64,000 nucleotides of DNA from an uncultured Planctomycetaceae bacterium (GTDB lineage: Bacteria; Planctomycetota; Planctomycetia; Planctomycetales; Planctomycetaceae): assembly GCA_963813715.1 (NCBI GenBank), contig CAWFAK010000005.1:1376001-1440000 (forward strand), given 5' to 3'. Numbering within the stretch: position 1 is the stretch's first letter; the number at the start of each line of letters is the position of its first letter. Below the pieces are notes generated by a model. It saw only the letters and a list, made by a program, of their open reading frames with translations, ran no database searches and was not told where the DNA came from. Shown piece after piece: positions 1-10,629 of this stretch. A program made the translations under genes and the position numbers.

Positions 1-359
1 CTCTTACGGACTAGCTCCTCACTGTCTGCAAAGGCGACCACGTCGTCTCTGCGGGAATGGAGGATCGTCGTCCTAGCTCCGATGGTGCGAGCATCGCCAA
101 ATCGCTTCCAGGCGGGACAGAGCAACACGAGCGGCGTGTCGCCGGCGTCGACGTTCATCGCCACAGCGCCGCCACGACTGGAGCCGACAATCACATCGGG
201 ACGATGTTGGTCGCAGGCGGCCTGCGCAATCCGCACGGCCTCGGGAAAATCCTCATCGGGCAACGCCGGATTAATCACCTCGTGCCCGTGGCTGGCGAGA
301 TAACTTGGCTTCACGCCGCCCGGTACCGACTGCCAGCCGTGGAGGAAGAGGATTTTGAT
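1..359 (-). CDS. Small alpha/beta hydrolase (YqiA/UPF0227-like esterase), 3' end runs off the window
   Basis: Not in the ORF track. Manual translation gives IKILFLHGWQSVPGGVKPSYL...DVIVGSSRGGAVA...ILHSRRDDVV, with an HG oxyanion motif and GxSxGG nucleophile elbow. It begins ATC-AAA-ATC, in frame with and 18 nt after the TlpA stop. Confidence 0.8.
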   Translation of the reverse strand, partial: MKILFLHGWQSVPGGVKPSYLASHGHEVINPALPDEDFPEAVRIAQAACDQHRPDVIVGSSRGGAVAMNVDAGDTPLVLLCPAWKRFGDARTIGARTTILHSRRDDVVAFADSEELVRK

Positions 360-377
360 CCGGCCACCCTGCCCTGG

Positions 378-998
378 CTAGGGTTTAGAGGTCAGCAGTT
401 TTTCGACCAACGGCACGACGTCGTGCGCGTAGGTCAACTCGGGCGTCTTTGGAGTCTGGCTGTTGTCGAAACGATGGGCGAGCTTTCCGCTTTGATCGTA
501 GACGAAGACAGCCGGCGGACCGCCGAGATGGATCTTATTGAAAAAATCTTCGCTGGCGTCGCTCGAAATCACGTTGAGCAATTCGTTCGCGCCGTGCTTG
601 GAGAGAAAATCGAGCACCGGTTTGCGGAATGACTCAGGAGGTTCGCGCACGGCTCCCGAATAATCCGTGTCGAACGAGATGCAGCGAACTTTGTCCCCAA
701 AGTGCTTTTGCAGCGTGACCAGGTTGGGGAATTCGCGGACGCAGGGGTCGCAATAGGTCGACCAGACGTCGAGCACCACGACCTTGCCGCGAAATCCTTC
801 GCGCCGTTTTTGAGTCTGATCCCAGCTCAGGATTTCGACAGCCGGCGGCTTCGTTGGGACCGAAGTAGCAGGCGACGCGGGGACGGAGTCGCCTCGTGGA
901 TTCGGTGCTGGCGCCGTCTGCGCGCAGCCGCCGACCCAGACCAGAGCCAGGATCGTGCCGGCAGAAAGTAACCGCGGGCGCACTCCGCTTGCCGCCAA
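378..998 (-). CDS. TlpA-family thiol:disulfide reductase, probable lipoprotein
   Basis: GKVVVLDVWSTYCDPCVREFP (CxxC thioredoxin motif). Hydrophobic N-terminus with VGGC lipobox. Confidence 0.9.
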   Translation of the reverse strand: MAASGVRPRLLSAGTILALVWVGGCAQTAPAPNPRGDSVPASPATSVPTKPPAVEILSWDQTQKRREGFRGKVVVLDVWSTYCDPCVREFPNLVTLQKHFGDKVRCISFDTDYSGAVREPPESFRKPVLDFLSKHGANELLNVISSDASEDFFNKIHLGGPPAVFVYDQSGKLAHRFDNSQTPKTPELTYAHDVVPLVEKLLTSKP

Positions 999-3147
999 CT
1001 AGTTCGCCATCGCCAGGCGTTCTTCTTTTTCCGCACGGCGACGGGCGATGACATCGTCCTGCAGGCTGTTGGGGACCTGCTTGTAGCGGAAAAACTCCAT
1101 GCTGAAGGAACCTTTGCCCTGCGTCATCGAACGCAGCTCGTTGGCGTAGTCGAACATCGTGGCCAGCGGGACCTCGGCCAGGATCACGCTGACGGCGTTG
1201 CGGACTTCCGTCTGCGTGATGATGCCCCGCTTGCTGGAGATGTGGCCCGTGACCGGTCCCTGAAATTCCTCGGGGACCTCGACCTCGAGCTTCATGATCG
1301 GCTCCTGCAAGGCGAGCTTGGCCTTCTTGAGCGTGTCCCGCATGCAGTTGAAGCCGCAGATGTTGAACGCCATTTCGGACGAGTCGACGTCGTGGTAGGT
1401 GCCGTCCTGCAGGATGGCCCGCACGCCGACGACCGGGCATTCGCAGAGCGGACCTTTGTCGAGGGCCCGCTTGAATCCCTCGTCGACCGGCTTGATGTAC
1501 TCCTTCGGAACGCGGCCCTGCGTGACCTCATTGACGAACTCGTACGGCTCGGCGGCGTCATCGGGGAGCGGTTCGATCTGCCCGACTATGTGCGGCGTAC
1601 TGGCCGGAGCCGCCGGTCTGCTTCTTGTGCTTGAAGTTGAACTCGGCGACTTTCGTCGGGCACTCGCGATAGGCGACTTTCGGCTCGCCGATCAGCGTTT
1701 CGCACTTGTATTCGCGGCGAATCCGCTCGACATAGACTTCCAGATGCAGCTGGCCCATGCCGGCGATCAGCGTCTGACCGGATTCCTGATCGGTCATCAC
1801 GCGGAAGGTGGGATCCTCACGGCGGAAACGCTCGAGGGCCTTCGACAGCCGGTCGGCGCCGTCGCGCTTCAAAGGTTCAATCGACAGGCGGATGACGGGC
1901 TCGGGCACGAAGATGCTCTCCAGAGCCACATCGACGCCCGGGCCGCAGAACGTATCGCCCGAGGCGCAGTCGACGCCGACGACGGCGACGATGTCGCCCG
2001 CTTCGGCCACGTCCACGTCCTCGCGCTGGTCGGCGTGCATCCGGACCAGCCGTCCGAACCGCATTTTCTTGCCGGTGCGCTGGTTAGTGTAGCTTTCGCC
2101 CTTCTGAATCTTGCCCTGGTAAACGCGGAAATAGGTCAGCTGTCCGAACGTCTCGACGACGGTTTTGAACGCCATGGCCACGAGCGGATCGTCGGGCGAA
2201 CTGGTCAGTGGCTTCTTCACTGACTTGGCTCCGTGAGCCGTCGAAACGGCTGCTTCGCCGGCTTCGGGCTTGGCCGTGAGGTCGATCGCTTCGATCTTGC
2301 GGTCCTGCGGGTTGGGCAAGTAGGCGATCACCGCGTCGAGCAGTTCCTGCACGCCCTTGTTGCGGAAGGCCGTGCCCATCATCACGGGAGTTAGCTCTTG
2401 CGAGAGAGTGGCTTCGCGAATGATTGGACGAATTTCGGCGGTGGTGACCGGCCGTTCTTCCAACAGGGCGACCATCAGGTCGTCGCTGTACAGCGACAGC
2501 GTTTCCAACATGTGGGCCCGGGCTTTGGCCGCTTCCTCGGCGTACTCCGCCGGAATCGCTTCGCGGCGGATATCTTCGCCCTGCTCGCCGTCGAAATAGA
2601 CGGCCTGCATCTCGACCAGGTCGATGACGCCGGCAAACTGCGAGCTGAGGCCCATGGGGATCTGCAGCGCGAGGGGCGTTACGCCGAGCTTCTTTTGAAT
2701 TTGATCGATGACCGATGCCGGGTTGGCACCAATGCGGTCCACCTTGTTGATGAAAGCGATGCGGGGGACGCCGTACCGCTTCATCTGGCGATCGACGGTG
2801 AGCGACTGGCTCTGCACACCACCGACGGCGCACAGCACGAGTACAGCGCCGTCGAGAACCCGCAGGCTGCGCTCGACCTCGACCGTGAAGTCGACGTGGC
2901 CAGGCGTATCGATGACGTTAATCGAGTGGTCTTCCCATTCGACCTGGGTCGAGGCGGAGGTAATGGTAATTCCCCGCTCGCGCTCGAGGTCCATGTAGTC
3001 CATGGTCGCGCCGCCGTCGCCTCCCTTGACCTCCTGCATCCGATGGATCCGGCCGCAGTAGTAGAGAATCCGCTCCGTCAGGGTGGTCTTCCCCGAGTCG
3101 ATATGGGCGGAGATTCCGATGTTGCGATGGTGATCTAGGCTTTTCAT
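999..3147 (-). CDS. fusA: Elongation factor G (spdEFG1/mtEFG1-like paralog), one frameshift near 1595
   Basis: [49 protein letters not shown] and C-terminal [15 protein letters not shown]. ORFs 1558..3156 and 999..1424 join after removing one extra base. Confidence 0.95.
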
Positions 3148-3801
3148 GGAAAACAACTTACGTCAAAAACCACTCAACCGGGCAACGTTGCCGTAGCCAC
3201 CGATGGCTGCGGGATCTGCCCAGAAAACTGAAACTGGAAGGGCCCCGATTGCAAAAATCGAGTCACGGACGGCCCACAACACGCCCTAAAACGGCCGCGG
3301 TAGCGACGTCGTCGCCAGCCACACAGGCGAGTTGACCGCACCGCGACCTTCACCACTCAACGAACGGGCGAACGGTTCTGGCGGGTCAGGGTGAACGTAA
3401 CATCCTATCCGGTTAGGTGATCTGCGGGAAGGGGAATTAGCCCGATCGACCACCCACCACCGCTGAATTCATAGGTTTTTTATAGTTTGTTCGCAAGGTT
3501 GCCGAGAGCGGACTCACCTCGACCCGAGCCTTGGCATTCCGCGGAACGGCCCGTCCGGTCGCGGTTTTGTCCGGACAGCCGCCTCGGTCGGCCCGAACCA
3601 CCCCACCGATCGGCCCGAAACGACATTGCTGCAATCCGAGCCGCGACATACATTTCGCCCGCTAACCGCGTCCCGGTCGCCGCACGGGATGGCTTTCGAT
3701 CAGCCTTGCGATCACCGGCTTTAGCTTCGTTTTGCTTCGCAGGCCGCGACTCGCGATCCCGCCTCGCGGCCCGACGCTCTCGCATAACGGGTGCGATCTC
3801 C

Positions 3802-4539
3802 GTGACTGATATCGGCAATCGGCGAACAAGGATTGCAGCGGCAGCGCTCATTGCCGTAACGGTCGGGGTCGGGGCAGCCGGCTGCCTGGGCCTGGACGTC
3901 GGCGGCACGTTTCGCTGGCCCGGCACGAAGACCGACCCGCAGCAGGCGGCCGCCATGGCGGTTGCCTGGCAGAACGACATACAAAAGAGGAACGGCAAGA
4001 ATCTGATGCGCGGCTTTCAAGGCAAGGTGCAATTCTTTGCCGCCGTCCCCAAGCCGACCGGGAAAGATACCGACAAGCAGCCACTGCCGCCGCCGAAGGC
4101 GGTCCCCGTCGACGGAACTCTTACGGTCTACGCATTCGAAGAGAGAGCCGACGGAAAAGAAGGGGCTGGCCCCCCGAAGAAATATGTCTTCGCGGGAAAA
4201 GACCTCAAACGCGTGCATCGGGAAGGCCCACAAGGGCCCGAATACAATGTCTGGCTCGCCTGGGACAAAGCGGGCGGGCCGGAACGACACATTCGCCTGC
4301 TGATGCGGTTCGATCCGGCCGGCGGCGGACAACCTGTCATGTCCGATAACTCGCGGGAAGTGCTGCCCGGCATCACCGTGCAGTTTGCCGGCCCGGCGCC
4401 GGCAACGCGGAAAGCTCCGGCCGATTCGTCCGGACGTCCCGTTACCGATCCCGACTTCCCCGGCGAAGCCAACGCGAGTCGCGATGCGAAGCCGCCGGAA
4501 TCCCCGGCGACCGCTCCGCGGCTCGACGACACTCACTAG
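3802..4539 (+). CDS. Hypothetical lipoprotein
   Basis: GTG start, basic then hydrophobic signal ending GAAGC, globular middle, Pro-rich tail. Confidence 0.65.
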   Translation: MTDIGNRRTRIAAAALIAVTVGVGAAGCLGLDVGGTFRWPGTKTDPQQAAAMAVAWQNDIQKRNGKNLMRGFQGKVQFFAAVPKPTGKDTDKQPLPPPKAVPVDGTLTVYAFEERADGKEGAGPPKKYVFAGKDLKRVHREGPQGPEYNVWLAWDKAGGPERHIRLLMRFDPAGGGQPVMSDNSREVLPGITVQFAGPAPATRKAPADSSGRPVTDPDFPGEANASRDAKPPESPATAPRLDDTH

Positions 4540-4611
4540 ATCGCGCAGCGACGCGATCCTTGTGCTGTGCGTTTCTGCCTGGCCGCCTCGTCCGGCCGAG
4601 TCATCTGCTCA

Positions 4612-5061
4612 TTACTGCTTCGCTAATGGCTTGGTTTGCCCGGTGCCTGACTTGATCAGCGCCGTTCGCGTCCGCAAGCGGGGCGGCGCCAGGATCAATG
4701 TCAACACGACCAACGCACCAAACGCGCTATAGATCCACGTAAAAACCACAGGCTCCGCGCGATAGAACAGGACCTGATGCACCCACCTGGCGATGAAGTC
4801 GCCTTGTTCCACGGATTGTCCCGCCTGTTCCCGCAACCAGTTTTCCCAGGTCGTCAGCGGGCAGACGATGCCTGACCACGACTCGAACACGACCACGCCG
4901 ATCGCTGCGAGGTGGAGCAGGCGAAAGGTCCGATTACGAACCCAGTCCCACTTGAACAGGATGCCGAGCAGCACCGCCAGTTCGCCTAGGATCACGAAGG
5001 CGACGTAGCCAACGTGCAGCACCACGACCAAGTCGGCCAGGGCGACGTACAGAGACTCCAT
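4612..5061 (-). CDS. DUF2784-family membrane protein
   Basis: LADLVVVLH...FRLLHLAAI...CPLTTWENWLR...FIARW pattern. Confidence 0.8.
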   Translation of the reverse strand: MESLYVALADLVVVLHVGYVAFVILGELAVLLGILFKWDWVRNRTFRLLHLAAIGVVVFESWSGIVCPLTTWENWLREQAGQSVEQGDFIARWVHQVLFYRAEPVVFTWIYSAFGALVVLTLILAPPRLRTRTALIKSGTGQTKPLAKQ

Positions 5062-5199
5062 ACAAATGAGAAGCCTCTGACGGCCAGTTTATTCCCGCCA
5101 TTTTTTCCACAGCGTGCAGCCACGTACGGCGGAACGACCGCGCAAACAGCCGGCCTCGACAATTCGGTCAGCCGGTAGCCAGACCAATCGCCGCCACCG

Positions 5200-6177
5200 T
5201 CAGCGCAACTTTTGGAGCTGCTGCTTCACGTCGCGAGCGCGACGGGCTGACTCGCTCTGCGGGTCGAGGGCGATGGCCTGATCGAGCAGCTTGGCGGACT
5301 TCTGCCGATCGTTGAGACCACAATAGGCCTGACCCTTGAAAGCCAGCAGCCGTTGCAGCTGGTCGCGCGACGGTTTGGCTTCGGCCATGAGCAAGTCAAG
5401 CCGCGCCAAGGCCGCCTGGTACTGGCGCCGATCCATCAGTGGCGAGACTTCAGCCTGGATCGCGCAATCGATCTTACGATGGAGGACGGCCGCCTCGTAC
5501 TTCGCCCGCAGCCCGGCCTTGTTCTGCGGATCGAGTTCGGTGACGCGCAGCTGCAGATCGGCATACTCCGCGTCGGCCAGAGGACCGACGGCTTTCAGAA
5601 CGGCGTCCAAGTGGCGTGCGCACTCGGTGCCCGTTGTCACGGCGGCGAGTGTCAATTCGCGGTCGCGCCGCACATGCATCTGCCGCAACCGGTCGAACTC
5701 GCGCCGATACCCCGACACGCGCTGCGTGATCAGCTCGGAACTCGCATAGGGAATGCCCTTGGAATCCAACAACGCAAACGTCGGAAACCGGGTGACCGCC
5801 ATCCGCGTGAGCACACGACTCACCCACGCGACCGTCCTGTCCGGCATTCGAGTCGACACCGTCAGCCGCAGCAGCACGAACGCAGTCCCCTCGCGATTGA
5901 GGAACAGCTCGCTGTCGACCAACGTCGCCGAGGGCGCTGCGGCGGTTTCCGGATCGCTCCCAGCGACGGGTCGAGCGAATTCGAGCAGGATGTCTTTGTG
6001 TTCGGCTTTGGCGACGGCTTTGGCGGCTCGCAGATCGTCAAGCCATTTGGGCAGAGCGGGAGAGTCGGTTCGCTTAGGCGAGGCGGGCGTTAGCGAGGCG
6101 GTTTTGGGCGGGGCGGGAGGACGATGCGGTTTGAGCACAAAATCGAAGACCACTGCGCCCATCGCGCAGAATGCCAA
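5200..6177 (-). CDS. Membrane-anchored hypothetical protein with degenerate thioredoxin-like and C-terminal TPR regions; start uncertain
   Basis: KWLDDLRAAKAVAKAEHKDILLEF ... RFPTFALLDSKG (Trx-like, no CxxC). KGQAYCGL...LDQAIALDPQS (TPR-like). Confidence 0.6.
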   Translation of the reverse strand: MAFCAMGAVVFDFVLKPHRPPAPPKTASLTPASPKRTDSPALPKWLDDLRAAKAVAKAEHKDILLEFARPVAGSDPETAAAPSATLVDSELFLNREGTAFVLLRLTVSTRMPDRTVAWVSRVLTRMAVTRFPTFALLDSKGIPYASSELITQRVSGYRREFDRLRQMHVRRDRELTLAAVTTGTECARHLDAVLKAVGPLADAEYADLQLRVTELDPQNKAGLRAKYEAAVLHRKIDCAIQAEVSPLMDRRQYQAALARLDLLMAEAKPSRDQLQRLLAFKGQAYCGLNDRQKSAKLLDQAIALDPQSESARRARDVKQQLQKLR

Positions 6178-6489
6178 TAGGCCCAGACCGCGCAGAATCG
6201 GTGCCAGAGTTCTGATGCCAGAGTCCTTTGCTCTTCATGGAGGCGACTCCGAAGTTGCCGTACAGCACGGCGAAACGGACACGCTTGGAATACCGACAGT
6301 GGACAATGCAAACCTGGTGCCGCTTCGCCCAATCGTCGACGCGCCTGCGCTGCATCGTTTGCCGGCTCAAGTGCTTAGGCTCGGGTACCAGTTTGCCCGA
6401 TCGCGGGCGTGCTGAATTTATTGTGGGCAGATCCGCCACGACCGTAGGCAGAATTCGTGAGAAAAGATTCGCAGCGACAGGCACACTTT

Positions 6490-8376
6490 TCAGCGGAAAA
6501 GGCGCGTCGGAATGCGGCGAATGCTCTTGGAGAGCCGCGACACGCGAATCGCCGGACGCTGCGTTTCGTCCTGCTTGATGCGCCGCCGATAGGTCGAAAG
6601 GATGTCGCTTCGCGTCACGATGCCGATGAGTTGCGTCGGTTGATCGCGTCGCACCACGGGCAAACGGCCGATGTTGTGGTTGACCATGTGGTCGGCTGCC
6701 TGGCGCACGGTGCAATCGTCGTAGACAAATTTCAGCGGCCGCGTCAGCAGTTCACGCAGAGGCGTCCCATCCTGCGCGGTTTCCGCCTGGAGATCTCGGC
6801 GGGTCAGCACTCCAACCAGATATCCACGCGCGTCGACAAGCGGAAAGCCCTGATGCCGCGCGGCTTCGACGTTAGAAGCCAACCAGGTGCGGGCGGTCGT
6901 CACGCTGTCGTCGGCCTGCAGTGTGACCACCGGCTGCGAAGCGATTTCGGCGACCGTGACTTGCTCGAGCGGATCGGGAACGTAGTCGGCCGGAGTGCGA
7001 ATCCCGCGGCGCGCAATCTTTTCGGTCATGATCGAATGCTTGCTCACCAGACTGGCGACGAGATAGCTGGCCGCACAACCCGCCAACAAGGGCAGCAGCC
7101 CGTGCGGTTGACACGTCGTCTCGTACGCAAACACGGCCGAGGCCAGAAAGGCACGCGACGCGCCGGCGAAAGTGGCCGCCATTCCCACGAGCGCCGCCAG
7201 TCGCAGGTCGATGCCGGCAAAGGGGAGGCACCACATCGCCGCCGCTCCCAGCACTTGCCCGCACCCCGCGCCGATCGTGAGCAACGGAGCCAGCGTCCCC
7301 CCCGAAGTTCCGCTGCCCAGCGAGATCGACCACGAAAGAAACTTCATCAGGCACAGCATGATCACCACGCGGAGCGCCAGATTCTGGTCGAGGATCGAGC
7401 GGATGTTGTAGTAACCGACGCCCAAAGTGTCCGGATAGAAATAGCCAATCACTCCGACCGCCACGGCCCCCAACGCGGGCCACCACATCCAATGGATGGG
7501 CAGGTGATCGAACGTGTCCTCAATCGAATAGACGATTCGGTTGATGCCCGCCGCGACCAGGCCCAGCACCAGTCCCAGGACGGCGTAAAACGCCAGGGCC
7601 GACAGCGGCACGGGCGAGAGATCGCTCATGGCGAAGACCGGGTCGTGACCAAAGATCAAGAGTCGCACGCCGGCCGCCGTCGCGCTCGCCAGCGCGACAG
7701 GAATGATCGAGCGCGCACGAAACTCGAAGAGCAACAATTCGAGCGCCAGGAGGACCGCCGACACCGGGCTGCCGAAAGTCCCCGCCATGCCCGCGGCCGC
7801 TCCGGCGGCGAGCAGTGTTTTGCGTTCCGACGGTGTCGTATAGGTAAGCTGACCGAACAGTGATCCCAAGGCGCCGCCCGTCGCGATGATCGGACCTTCC
7901 GCACCGAACGGCCCGCCGGTGCCGATCGAGACGGCCGCCGACAACGGCTTCAAAAACGTAACGCGGGCGGGGATGCGGCTGTCCTTGGTGAGCACGCCCT
8001 CCATCGCTTCGGGAATTCCATGGCCGCGGATGGCTTTCGATCCGAATCGCGCCATCACGCCGACGATCAACCCGCCCACAATCGGCACACCGATCGCCCA
8101 GATGCCCAGTGCATTACCGGCCGGGCTCACCGCGTCCGCAGAGACGCGATGGTAGTAGGCGAGATTCGTGATGAAGTCGATCAGCAGAATCAGAACCTTG
8201 GCCACGAAGGCCGCCAACGCGCCCAGCGCGATGGCCCCGACACAGAACTTCACCGTGCGGCGATCGACGACGGACGCTTCCGGTGGAACGTGCTCGGCTT
8301 CGCTCACCAGGTCGAGCGAGGGAGAGATGGTCAGCCCGTCCGTGGTCGCGGAATGGGCGTTCTCTTTCTTGATCAT
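6490..8376 (-). CDS. ClC-family chloride channel/antiporter with CBS pair
   Basis: GHGIPE, GAEGP and GTSGG motifs, many TM helices, C-terminal CBS domains. Confidence 0.92.
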   Translation of the reverse strand: MIKKENAHSATTDGLTISPSLDLVSEAEHVPPEASVVDRRTVKFCVGAIALGALAAFVAKVLILLIDFITNLAYYHRVSADAVSPAGNALGIWAIGVPIVGGLIVGVMARFGSKAIRGHGIPEAMEGVLTKDSRIPARVTFLKPLSAAVSIGTGGPFGAEGPIIATGGALGSLFGQLTYTTPSERKTLLAAGAAAGMAGTFGSPVSAVLLALELLLFEFRARSIIPVALASATAAGVRLLIFGHDPVFAMSDLSPVPLSALAFYAVLGLVLGLVAAGINRIVYSIEDTFDHLPIHWMWWPALGAVAVGVIGYFYPDTLGVGYYNIRSILDQNLALRVVIMLCLMKFLSWSISLGSGTSGGTLAPLLTIGAGCGQVLGAAAMWCLPFAGIDLRLAALVGMAATFAGASRAFLASAVFAYETTCQPHGLLPLLAGCAASYLVASLVSKHSIMTEKIARRGIRTPADYVPDPLEQVTVAEIASQPVVTLQADDSVTTARTWLASNVEAARHQGFPLVDARGYLVGVLTRRDLQAETAQDGTPLRELLTRPLKFVYDDCTVRQAADHMVNHNIGRLPVVRRDQPTQLIGIVTRSDILSTYRRRIKQDETQRPAIRVSRLSKSIRRIPTRLFR

Positions 8377-8570
8377 TCAAAATGCCTCTCACCGTGGAAA
8401 CGGTTGGACATCTGTCTGTCCGGCAGGGCATGCAGGCGGGGAGTTGCGGCGAGATCCCCAACGACTGGCGCGGAATCGGAATCCCGCCGCGGTGGGTACT
8501 CAATGTTGGGCTTAGCACAAAAACCGAAATCGCTCAACGCGGAGCAATGAAGAAAGCGAGACCGATAGCG

Positions 8571-9397
8571 CTACGGGCTAACGATCGTCCCGGTCTCGGG
8601 GCTGCTCGCCGTCGCATACAGCTTTTTGGGAATGCGCCCGCGAGCCAGGCTTTGCGGCCGGCAATGCAGGCCAGCCGCATCGCCGTTGCCATGGTGAGGG
8701 GATCGCGCGCGCTGGCGATGCCCGTGTTGAGCAGCACTCCGTCGCAGCCAAGCTCCATCGCTACGCTGACGTCGCTGGCCGTGCCGACGCCCGCGTCGAT
8801 GATCACGGGATAATTCTTGTCGTTCTCTTTGAGCGACTCGAGGCAGATGCGGATGTTATTAGGATTGAGCACGCCCTGGCCGCTGCCAATCGGGCTGCCG
8901 GCAGGCATCACCGACGTCGCGCCCGCCTCTTTAAGTCGCCGCGCCGAGATCGGATCGTCGGTCGTGTAGCAGAGGACCTGGAAGCCTTCCTTGACCAAGA
9001 TCTCCGTCGCCCGCAGCGTGGCCACCGTATCGGGCAAGAGCGTCCGCTTGTCGCCGAGCACTTCGAGCTTGACCCAATCCGCCCCCGGATTCTCGAGGCC
9101 CAGCAGAATCTCGCGGCCGAGGCGAGCCACGCGAACCGCGTCTTCGGCCGTGAAGCAGCCGGCCGTGTTCGGCAGGATCGTGAATCGCGAGAGGTCGATG
9201 AAGTCGAGGATGCTGCGACCCTGCGCGTCGATCAACCGCTCGCGCCGCACGGCCACCGTCACAACCTCGGCACCACTGGCGTCGAGGCAGTCGCGCATCA
9301 ATTCGTAGGTGGCGTATTTGCCGGTGCCGACAATCAGCCGCGACTCGAATGTGTGCGAGCCGAGGACGAGCGGCGATTCACAATGAGTGGCGGTCAC
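8571..9397 (-). CDS. thiG: Thiazole synthase, frameshift near 8637 in the C-terminal tail
   Basis: [32 protein letters not shown]. Restoring one base gives the conserved ending [14 protein letters not shown]...TAG at 8571. Confidence 0.95.
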
Positions 9398-9516
9398 GGT
9401 TGATCTCGGAGATGTCTGCACTCGACTGTATGAACACGTCTCGACTGCATGGTCACGCGCCCACATCTTTCACTGATTTCGGCGTCATGATTTCGGCATC
9501 ATAGTTGATGGCCAAC

Positions 9517-9720
9517 TCAGCCGCCCCCCACCAGCGTGACAATCTCGATGTGATCGCCGGGCTCGAGCATACAGGCGGCATGCTGGCCGCGCGGAACCAG
9601 ATCGCGGTTCCGTTCGACGGCCACCAGACGCGGCTGCATCTTGAGCTGCACCAAGAGCCCGGCGACGGTCGTGTCCGCCGGGACCTCGTGCGGCTCTCCA
9701 TTGACGATCAGTTGGATCAT
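9517..9720 (-). CDS. thiS: Sulfur carrier protein
   Basis: 67 aa, VAVERN...GDHIEIVTLVGGG ending, upstream of thiG. Confidence 0.95.
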   Translation of the reverse strand: MIQLIVNGEPHEVPADTTVAGLLVQLKMQPRLVAVERNRDLVPRGQHAACMLEPGDHIEIVTLVGGG

Positions 9721-10074
9721 GATTGCGATTCGGTTGTCGGCCTGACCCTTGCTCGTGGTCTTTCCCCGAATCGGCCCCCCATTTGCGTCTACACGGAGAC
9801 CGCCGGCTGACGAGCTGGCATTTTCGCTTCGGAAACACTGATTCTCGCACAGTTCGCCCAATTTGGGGAGCGCGCGGCCTCTGACAGGAATGACCGCGCC
9901 GGGAGTTACTGCGCGATTTGTGGGCACGCTGTGCCAACGGGCGGCGCGGCTCCCGTCAAAAGAGATTGCACTCTCGCCTGGATCGGTTAAGCTCGAATTT
10001 GCGCGCTCGCGCGATGAGGTCGTGTAAAGCGCGTCCCAGGCTACACTGCAGGCCGCGCACAAAGGCTGCCAGCC

Positions 10075-10629
10075 ATGTCGACCGCCAAGACACTCGACGG
10101 CAATCGCGTGCTGATCTTCGTTGCCGACGAGTACGAAGACCTCGAGCTGTGGTATCCCAAGCTGCGACTCGAAGAAGCGGGCGTCCATGTCACGGTCGCC
10201 GGCCCCGAGGCGGGCAAGACCTACCGCGGCAAGCATGGCTATCCCTGCGTGGCCGATGCGGCCATCGGCGACATGGAAGCGACCGACTTCCAAGGAGTTG
10301 TCTGTCCAGGCGGTTGGATGCCGGATAAGATTCGCCGAGACCCCCGCGTGCTGGCTCTCGTCCGCGAGTGCTCCGAAGCGGGCAAACTGGTGGCGGCCAT
10401 TTGTCATGGTGGCTGGATCCCGATTTCGGCTGGAATTTACCGCGGGGTCAAGGTGACCGGTTCGCCGGGTATCAAGGATGATCTCGTGAATGCCGGCGCG
10501 GTTTGGCACGACGCCCCGCTCATTGTCGACCGGCATTTCGTGTCGAGTCGCAAGCCGGCCGACCTGCCGGAATTCATGACGGGCGTGCTGCGCGTTTTGT
10601 CGCACTCGGCCAAGGCGGTCGCGCGATGA
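10075..10629 (+). CDS. PfpI/DJ-1 family protein
   Basis: YEDLELWYP, PGG, AAICHG, SRKPADLPEF. Confidence 0.92.
   Translation: MSTAKTLDGNRVLIFVADEYEDLELWYPKLRLEEAGVHVTVAGPEAGKTYRGKHGYPCVADAAIGDMEATDFQGVVCPGGWMPDKIRRDPRVLALVRECSEAGKLVAAICHGGWIPISAGIYRGVKVTGSPGIKDDLVNAGAVWHDAPLIVDRHFVSSRKPADLPEFMTGVLRVLSHSAKAVAR

Noticed and set aside
8377..8530. Fluoride riboswitch upstream of ClC
   Set aside because: No GGCGATGG...CTGATGAC-like core, and the protein lacks the CLC-F GNNLI motif.
9721..10074. TPP riboswitch upstream of thiS-thiG
   Set aside because: No GCTGAGA or AACCTGA core found on the - strand.
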